Shown here: one piece after another, positions 58,515-64,000 of the stretch
How positions within the stretch are numbered: position 1 is the first letter of the stretch
Layout of the letters: every line of letters starts with the position of its first letter
Origin: a virus
Lineage: Duplodnaviria; Caudoviricetes
Strand: one strand, 5' to 3'
DNA: 64,000 bases
IMG/VR virus record: IMGVR_UViG_3300024252_000005
The notes under the pieces: generated by a model
Told to the model about the DNA's origin: nothing
Databases searched by the model: none
Seen by the model: only the letters and a program-made list of their open reading frames with translations
Made by a program: the position numbers and the translations under genes

Positions 58515-58984
58515 TTTCTCGTATGCAGATCTGCAATAGAAGAAGCTACAAAAGAGAAAGGCTTTATTCTTACGTCAAAACCACATCCAGTTATATAACC
58601 CATTATCATGTTTTTATGTCTGGATGATTCATGAATTATATCGGAATTTACGTCAGCATGAACTTCAATGTTTGCGTTTGAAAGCCTTTTTTTTATTTTT
58701 ATGGCAACACCTATAGAGTCTGAAGTTTCTTTAAGAAGTCTTTTATGCAAGTCTAAAAAAGAGTCGTCTTTGATTTTTTCTCTAAAATAAAAATATCGCC
58801 TGTCATAATAGTCATTATTAAGTATGCAAATCGCTTTAGTGAAAACAAAACCAGTACCTAGTTTAACACTATCTGATCCTACTATTATCTTGTGGTTTTT
58901 ACTAGATACTACTTTTTCCAATATGTTTAAAATATCATCGATTGATATAGTTTCTTTTGAACCAGTTTTCCAAGATTTAGACAT
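58508..58984 (-). CDS. RNase H-like protein (YkuK/DUF458 type)
   Basis: IIVGSDS, RL..E...S, IEVHADVN, IKP.SF.AS..AD. Confidence 0.75.
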   Translation of the reverse strand: MSKSWKTGSKETISIDDILNILEKVVSSKNHKIIVGSDSVKLGTGFVFTKAICILNNDYYDRRYFYFREKIKDDSFLDLHKRLLKETSDSIGVAIKIKKRLSNANIEVHADVNSDIIHESSRHKNMIMGYITGCGFDVRIKPFSFVASSIADLHTRKC

Positions 58985-59024
58985 TATATAATATTTCTTT
59001 TCTATAAACTAAATATTCTTTTTA

Positions 59025-59576
59025 CTAAAAACTTCTAGTGTAAATAACACTAACTCCAAATAATTTCTTTTTATACTCTTCAGCAGTTAGACCAGATCTT
59101 TGTATTTCTTCTTGCCAGTCTTTATACATGGCATAACCCAGCTCAGTCAGTTCTTCTTCTACGGGCGGATAATCAATAGGGTCATTAAAGCCGTCATCAG
59201 GTTTTTTCCATTTTCCTTTCTGTTTTTTGTCATTCGTCTTATAAAGCTTTAGCGTTTTCGGTGTACCTGAAAGATTGTTTGCATTTAAAATTGATTCGGG
59301 TGACAAAACAATTTCTACTTTATTGTTTTCTTTGTCAATTATATTACAGACGCATGTAAAGTTTTTTCTACCTTTAGTTTTTACAAACTTAATAAAAGCT
59401 TTTTCATGAAACTTAAAACTTTTTATTAAGTCAATTGCATTAGTTGAATTATAACTTCCATTCTTAATAGATTCAGTTATTTTATCAATAATAACGTAAA
59501 ACTCATTTGAATCAATATGAAACCATATCCACTTTTGACGTTGATTTAAGAATTTCTCTTTAATTCTTTCTTTCAA
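59025..59576 (-). CDS. Hypothetical protein
   Basis: 183 aa. Confidence 0.6.
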   Translation of the reverse strand: MKERIKEKFLNQRQKWIWFHIDSNEFYVIIDKITESIKNGSYNSTNAIDLIKSFKFHEKAFIKFVKTKGRKNFTCVCNIIDKENNKVEIVLSPESILNANNLSGTPKTLKLYKTNDKKQKGKWKKPDDGFNDPIDYPPVEEELTELGYAMYKDWQEEIQRSGLTAEEYKKKLFGVSVIYTRSF

Positions 59577-59581
59577 AAATA

Positions 59582-59785
59582 TTACTCTTCCATTTCAGCT
59601 AATTTAACTTCAAACCCATAATTTTCTGATAAGTACTCTACAACTTCTTCTTCACATGCATCTTCATCTAGCTCTTTGATTTTTAAGCTTTTTGGAAGAA
59701 TTGCAATTTTTCTTACTTCTTCATATAAGAGACCCTCGAATTCTGTTCCATCAAAATCCCATATTATTTTTTTTACATGAATCAT
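59582..59785 (-). CDS. Hypothetical protein
   Basis: 67 aa, AAAGG SD. Confidence 0.6.
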   Translation of the reverse strand: MIHVKKIIWDFDGTEFEGLLYEEVRKIAILPKSLKIKELDEDACEEEVVEYLSENYGFEVKLAEMEE

Positions 59786-59827
59786 ACATAAACCTTTCTA
59801 CTTATTTGATTATATATGGCCGTGCTT

Positions 59828-60112
59828 TTACTTTTCTTTTAATTTATCTATTTCAAATTGAATAAGCCATAAAGCCTTGTTCAAGTCTTCTGCAGTTTTT
59901 TCTTTGTTTTTCTTACCTGCGCGAGCAATATATTTTATAGCACTTCCTAGCTCAAAATTCAAAGACCAAGCATTTATAACATCAATTACTTCATGACCAG
60001 TATCTTTTAAATAATGTACAGGATGATCCACACTTTCAGTTTTTATTGTTTTCATACAATCACACATGATTCCTGCTTTACAGCTTCCACACCTTAAACT
60101 ACTTTTATTCAT
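59828..60112 (-). CDS. DUF3310-type phage protein
   Basis: VDHPVHY, EVID, F.LG.AIKY..RAGKK, EDL.KA.W. Confidence 0.82.
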   Translation of the reverse strand: MNKSSLRCGSCKAGIMCDCMKTIKTESVDHPVHYLKDTGHEVIDVINAWSLNFELGSAIKYIARAGKKNKEKTAEDLNKALWLIQFEIDKLKEK

Positions 60113-60164
60113 TGATTTAAATCCGTTCTTTTAAATTTATAACTATTTATTACTTGTTGTCTTG

Positions 60165-60779
60165 CTAAATTAAATCTTCTATAGTTTGAATTCCAAGATT
60201 TCGCAAGTCTTCTTTAGAGACTGGTATATCTATTAATTCTTTTTTTAATTTCAAATCTTCAAAGATGCCAGGCTCTAAACCAATTTTATGTGGAACACCA
60301 TCAAGATTTGAAATTTTTCCATTTAATACGTCTGCTGAATCAATATAAACTTTTATATGATAATCTAACTTTGAGCCTTTTGTTCTTAAATGAAAAACTA
60401 CCTTCTGTTTTGAAATAGAACCAAATCTCATCCATGCAAATCCTTCATTCTCGAACATATCAATCATGTTTGTATGTTCTTCAAATGATTTTGAAGATAT
60501 GTCTGATTCAAACAGTTCACTTTCCAGCGCTATTTTAATCTTGGACCAGACAATATTAGAATCAGAAACTTCTGTTCTTGCCCAAACTCTACCTCTACCA
60601 GAAAACATAGCTTTAATGCTTGAATTATTTGTATGACTAATATTAAGTGAACCGTTTATTGCTTCATTAAATATGTCTCTCAATATTACTAATTTTACTT
60701 CATGACTATTTTCTTCGAGCTTGACAATAACATCTTTTACTGCAGGAAAAATTATTTTTCTAATTGATTCAATATCCAT
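60165..60779 (-). CDS. Hypothetical protein; paralog of 62242..62796
   Basis: Shared GRG..W, EGFAWMRF, KGSK.D and P.K..LE motifs. Confidence 0.75.
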   Translation of the reverse strand: MDIESIRKIIFPAVKDVIVKLEENSHEVKLVILRDIFNEAINGSLNISHTNNSSIKAMFSGRGRVWARTEVSDSNIVWSKIKIALESELFESDISSKSFEEHTNMIDMFENEGFAWMRFGSISKQKVVFHLRTKGSKLDYHIKVYIDSADVLNGKISNLDGVPHKIGLEPGIFEDLKLKKELIDIPVSKEDLRNLGIQTIEDLI

Positions 60780-60821
60780 GTGATTGTCTCGCTTTATAAG
60801 TCAATTCTTTATTTGTGTTTT

Positions 60822-60851
60822 ATTATAAAATAAAATTAATAAAGTTGCACG
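60822..60851 (-). promoter_or_regulatory. Promoter CGTGCAA-N17-TATAAT (minus strand)
   Basis: ATTATA at 60822-27 and TTGCACG at 60845-51. Confidence 0.75.
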
Positions 60852-60854
60852 AAA

Positions 60855-61109
60855 TTATTTTCTCTTCATCATTTCATTAAAGTCTTTTCTAGACTCAGCA
60901 TATTTTGCTGTCATTCTTGCTGTAGGCTTCTTTATAATTTGATCAGATCTTCCCATTCTATACCCGCCGTTGACTAAACAGTGAAAGTTGAAATATTGAA
61001 TTTCACTATCTTTTTCACACCAAACTTCTTTTACTTCACCATATCCATAATCATTATGCGGACCTTTTAATATAACCCATATCATATCACCAGATTTCAA
61101 TTTAGACAC
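60855..61109 (-). CDS. Hypothetical protein
   Basis: 84 aa. Confidence 0.65.
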   Translation of the reverse strand: MSKLKSGDMIWVILKGPHNDYGYGEVKEVWCEKDSEIQYFNFHCLVNGGYRMGRSDQIIKKPTARMTAKYAESRKDFNEMMKRK

Positions 61110-61116
61110 ATTTTAC

Positions 61117-61347
61117 CTACTTGTATAAAATAACATAAGCACCAAACCAAATATCAAATGTTTTGATTAAATCTTCGTAGCTTCCCATCATCATTACGCT
61201 TTTAATGTCTTTTCTAATTTTGTTAGGTATGTTAAGTTGTTTGCCTATATCATCAACTATACTAAGTAGATACATAGCATTTCCATTTTTGCCATGAAGA
61301 TCAATCTCTATTTTTCTATTTTCTAATTCATCTCTTGATTTTATCAT
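61117..61347 (-). CDS. Small phage hypothetical protein (IDL.G..GNA motif)
   Basis: 76 aa. Confidence 0.65.
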   Translation of the reverse strand: MIKSRDELENRKIEIDLHGKNGNAMYLLSIVDDIGKQLNIPNKIRKDIKSVMMMGSYEDLIKTFDIWFGAYVILYK

Positions 61348-61357
61348 CTAGTAAATC

Positions 61358-61642
61358 CTATTTAACTACAAAGCTTGATTTGCCTTTTTTAAAGTTTTCA
61401 TAAACATCTTTTTCAACTAAAGCCCAATACTTTTCACAATTAAAGTTTTTAAACATCTTTTCTCTGCTTCTCCAGTGATCAATGCCATTTAAGAATTTAA
61501 TGCAACCAAGGATTTTTACATTTGTTCCTAATACACCTATACAAGCTGCGTAAACATATTCGTCAAGAGATAAGCAACATTTTAAATAGCCTATTTCTCT
61601 CAATAACTCTTTATAAGTTTTCATTCGTTTATAGTTTGACAT
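61358..61642 (-). CDS. Hypothetical protein
   Basis: 94 aa. Confidence 0.55.
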   Translation of the reverse strand: MSNYKRMKTYKELLREIGYLKCCLSLDEYVYAACIGVLGTNVKILGCIKFLNGIDHWRSREKMFKNFNCEKYWALVEKDVYENFKKGKSSFVVK

Positions 61643-61972
61643 TTAAACCTCTGAAAGAAATGAAACATCAGCTTTGCAAAAATAACTGTAGAGTTCGTTT
61701 TCACTTATAGCAAATTGCGTGCCATTATGTAGTCTAGTTAGATAACACTTTATTATTCTTTTATTGTTCTGTTTCTGTACAACGTAGTCATTAAAAACAA
61801 ACCTTTCAAATCTTGCAATTGGATTTTTTTCTCCTGAAATTCTCATTCCTAGCTTGGCCGGCATAAAGTAGAAACCTTTATTTTTTATCTTGACAACAGA
61901 ACCATGTCCATGGTTCTCTTTGAAATATACGATATCACCTTTTTTAAGTTCAACGTTCATATATACACTCAC
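61643..61972 (-). CDS. Hypothetical protein
   Basis: 109 aa. Confidence 0.55.
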   Translation of the reverse strand: MSVYMNVELKKGDIVYFKENHGHGSVVKIKNKGFYFMPAKLGMRISGEKNPIARFERFVFNDYVVQKQNNKRIIKCYLTRLHNGTQFAISENELYSYFCKADVSFLSEV

Positions 61973-62115
61973 TTAAACATCAAGTAGCTTGTAATTATTG
62001 ATAATTCTGATAGTAAAAAAATATAATATTTGTCAGTTTTTCTTCTATTGTTATGCTTTGAATGTAAATAAGAAAAGAAAAGAATAAATGAAGTTATTAT
62101 TAGCAAATCAAACAT
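61969..62115 (-). CDS. Small membrane protein (48 aa, not in ORF track)
   Basis: MFDLLIITSFILFFSYLHSK...; GTGA overlap with the next start. Confidence 0.45.
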   Translation of the reverse strand: MFDLLIITSFILFFSYLHSKHNNRRKTDKYYIFLLSELSIITSYLMFK

Positions 62116-62241
62116 AAAAACTAACCTTTAATATGAAAATCAAATATCCAGAAATTACTGATAATATTGCGTCGATAGACTTCATGCTTGAAACACATGT
62201 GATATTAACTAATAACCATGTTAGAAGGAAAAAATTAAGTG

Positions 62242-62796
62242 TTATTGCCATGAACTCTCTTCGTATATATTATTTATTTTTAAAAACTCGTACCAATTAC
62301 TAAGTTCTTTACTTGAAGGTTTTGATAACGCTGCTTCTTTTATTACCCTAATATCTTCAGCAATTTCTAGCAAATTATTTTTTTGTTTTAGACTTGCTTT
62401 CTTTTCCTCTTTCATGACACTTGCTTCTTTAAAAGATTTTAAACTTGTTTCTAGCTGAAGTTTTAAAGGCGTATTACCTAGCAAAACAAGATCTTTGACA
62501 GCATCATCTGGTATCTCTATTGAATATTCAGGCTGATCAAACTTTGATCCTTTTAGCCTGACTTCAAAAAGTACAACAGGATTATCGATAGAACCTACAG
62601 CTTTTTTGAATCTCATCCAAGCAAAACCTTCACGTTCAGTATGACAAATATAATCATGCTTTTCTGAATCAGAAACTTTTCCGTAGAGTGCTTTAATATA
62701 GCTGAAAGTTTTTGTATTAAAATCGACTCTAACCCAAGAGTTTCCTCTTCCTTTATATCTTTCGTTGATAGCTTTTTTAAAAGTATTTTTTGCCAT
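62242..62796 (-). CDS. Hypothetical protein; paralog of 60165..60779
   Basis: GRGNSW, EGFAWMRF, KGSKFD, PLKLQLE. Confidence 0.75.
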   Translation of the reverse strand: MAKNTFKKAINERYKGRGNSWVRVDFNTKTFSYIKALYGKVSDSEKHDYICHTEREGFAWMRFKKAVGSIDNPVVLFEVRLKGSKFDQPEYSIEIPDDAVKDLVLLGNTPLKLQLETSLKSFKEASVMKEEKKASLKQKNNLLEIAEDIRVIKEAALSKPSSKELSNWYEFLKINNIYEESSWQ

Positions 62797-62830
62797 TTTT
62801 CCCCAATATGATTATTTGTTATTATAATAT

Positions 62831-62860
62831 ATTATATTAAATTAAGTAATATATTACACG
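62831..62860 (-). promoter_or_regulatory. Promoter CGTGTAA-N17-TATAAT (minus strand)
   Basis: ATTATA at 62831-36 and TTACACG at 62854-60. Confidence 0.75.
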
Positions 62861-62865
62861 ATATA

Positions 62866-63114
62866 TCAACTATTTTTTTTAAATAAACTAGAAAAATAAA
62901 AAGAAATTTTTGTAAAAATTATCTCTAGATACAATACTATGCTAAATATTACAGAATGATCACCGATAACAGTTAAGAGTTTGTTAGCAGCAATACTTTG
63001 CGTTTTTGTTATATCACCTGAAGTTATCATAACTACTGAGCCTTCTTCATCTATATACAGTAAAATCGCCCCTCTATTTTCTGCTATGTCTTTTATTATT
63101 TTATCATTCATCAA
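62866..63114 (-). CDS. Hypothetical protein with C-terminal hydrophobic segment
   Basis: 82 aa, AAGG SD. Confidence 0.6.
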   Translation of the reverse strand: MMNDKIIKDIAENRGAILLYIDEEGSVVMITSGDITKTQSIAANKLLTVIGDHSVIFSIVLYLEIIFTKISFYFSSLFKKNS

Positions 63115-63170
63115 ATTACCTTATACTAAATTTAAAAATTCCTTATAGTTATTATAGAGGTTTTAAAAAA

Positions 63171-64000
63171 ATGAAAAATTATTTCTTAAAGTTATTCATA
63201 GTTTTTTCTCTATTATTCAATAGCGGAAGCAGTTACAACATAAATATTAATAAAACAAAAAGCTTGAGACTTGAAAATACTTTTGTTTTTATTAGTACAC
63301 ATCTTAAACTAGAAAAAATAAATAGTCAATGTGTTAATGCTAATTGTTATCAAATATTTGATAATGAAAAAGAAGTAGACAGAATAAACAATGTGTTAAT
63401 AGATACACCCATGATCGTTGGCTCAGGCTTTATATATGATTTATCGATGACGACAAAGATACTGACAGCAGATCATTTGTGCACAAAAATTGATGAGTAT
63501 TTAAAGTATTCAAAAGAGTTTAATGATTCCAAGATAGAGCTTTTAAGTGAGTTAGGTGAATCAATAAAGATTGATCATTTATTGTTTCTTCAAGTTTTAA
63601 ATAATCACAGCCTAATCCCAGTTGTTACATTATTTGATTTCAATGGTAATAAATACAAGTACAATAAAACCATAAAACAAGATAAAAACAAAGATCTCTG
63701 TGCAATAGAGTCTGATAGTTTGTTTGGCGAAAAGATAGAGTTAAGTGAAAAAAACTGTACGTATGGTGAAGAAGTCGTGAACATATCTGCAGCAGATGGA
63801 ATTTATCTGCCTAAAGCAATACCATATTATACAGGAATATATTCAGGTCACGTAAAAAATTCTAAATTTAAAGTGTACGAAAAAGGCGTTGAAGTTAGCT
63901 TGTATTCCATAGACATAAGTGAAGGTTCTTCAGGATCAGCAGTTTTTTCTAAAAAAACAAACAAACTTTGCGGAAATATTAATGCTTCTTTAAGAAAAGC
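63171..64000 (+). CDS. Exported trypsin-like serine protease (3' end outside the window; not in ORF track)
   Basis: Hand translation: signal-like N-terminus, GSGF, ILTADHLC (His), KDLCA (Asp), EGSSGSAV (Ser), no stop codon. Confidence 0.85.
   Translation, partial: MKNYFLKLFIVFSLLFNSGSSYNININKTKSLRLENTFVFISTHLKLEKINSQCVNANCYQIFDNEKEVDRINNVLIDTPMIVGSGFIYDLSMTTKILTADHLCTKIDEYLKYSKEFNDSKIELLSELGESIKIDHLLFLQVLNNHSLIPVVTLFDFNGNKYKYNKTIKQDKNKDLCAIESDSLFGEKIELSEKNCTYGEEVVNISAADGIYLPKAIPYYTGIYSGHVKNSKFKVYEKGVEVSLYSIDISEGSSGSAVFSKKTNKLCGNINASLRK

Noticed and set aside
259-61710. Short antisense/alternate-frame ORFs in the track (e.g. 3679..4059, 5883..6230, 36148..36480, 56368..56742)
   Set aside because: They are shadows of long real genes on the other strand or frame, with low-complexity sequence and no SD or motifs.
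1-64000. CRISPR array, tRNA or rRNA genes
   Set aside because: No regularly spaced direct repeats or cloverleaf-like GC-rich elements were seen; intergenic gaps are short and AT-rich.
1-64000. Stop-codon reassignment
   Set aside because: Recognisable enzymes and very long ORFs are intact in code 11, and TAA, TAG and TGA all end genes at expected positions.
1-64000. Eukaryotic giant virus or cellular chromosome
   Set aside because: SD sites, sigma70, DnaE and bacterial-type promoters argue against an NCLDV. Orphan density and the lack of ribosomal or housekeeping operons argue against a cell, though this is not proven from one window.

Overview
AT-rich, gene-dense segment of what is most likely a large (jumbo/mega-type) bacteriophage genome. 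Support: Shine-Dalgarno sites, standard code 11, and mostly short orphan ORFs. Replication and repair genes: DnaE (5' end cut off by the window), flap/5'-3' exonuclease, ATP-dependent DNA ligase, RadA-like ATPase. Nucleotide metabolism: kinase/thymidylate-synthase-fold fusion, thymidine kinase, dCMP deaminase, and a GMP reductase/IMPDH-purA-purB operon. Also present: chaperones (GroEL, Hsp20), an Fe/Mn SOD, a sigma70-type factor, several exported proteins and many large acidic orphans. No tRNA, rRNA, CRISPR array or transposase was seen. Most notable: (1) a sigma factor apparently split at region 4, with the 4.2 helix-turn-helix in the next ORF, alongside a repeated non-canonical promoter CGTG(T/C)A(A/T)-N17-TA(T/C)AAT; (2) a recurrent N-/C-terminal helical tag ending or starting at (L/I/F)-x-E on about 15 unrelated proteins, resembling T4 capsid-targeting/prohead-protease sites, carried by two tandem ADP-ribosyltransferase-like proteins, SOD, an HxGH nucleotidyltransferase and a nuclease/ligase-like fusion; (3) a TS-fold domain with the cytosine-type Asp; (4) a beta-pore-forming-toxin-like lipoprotein. 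All family calls come from motif recognition by eye; no searches were run.
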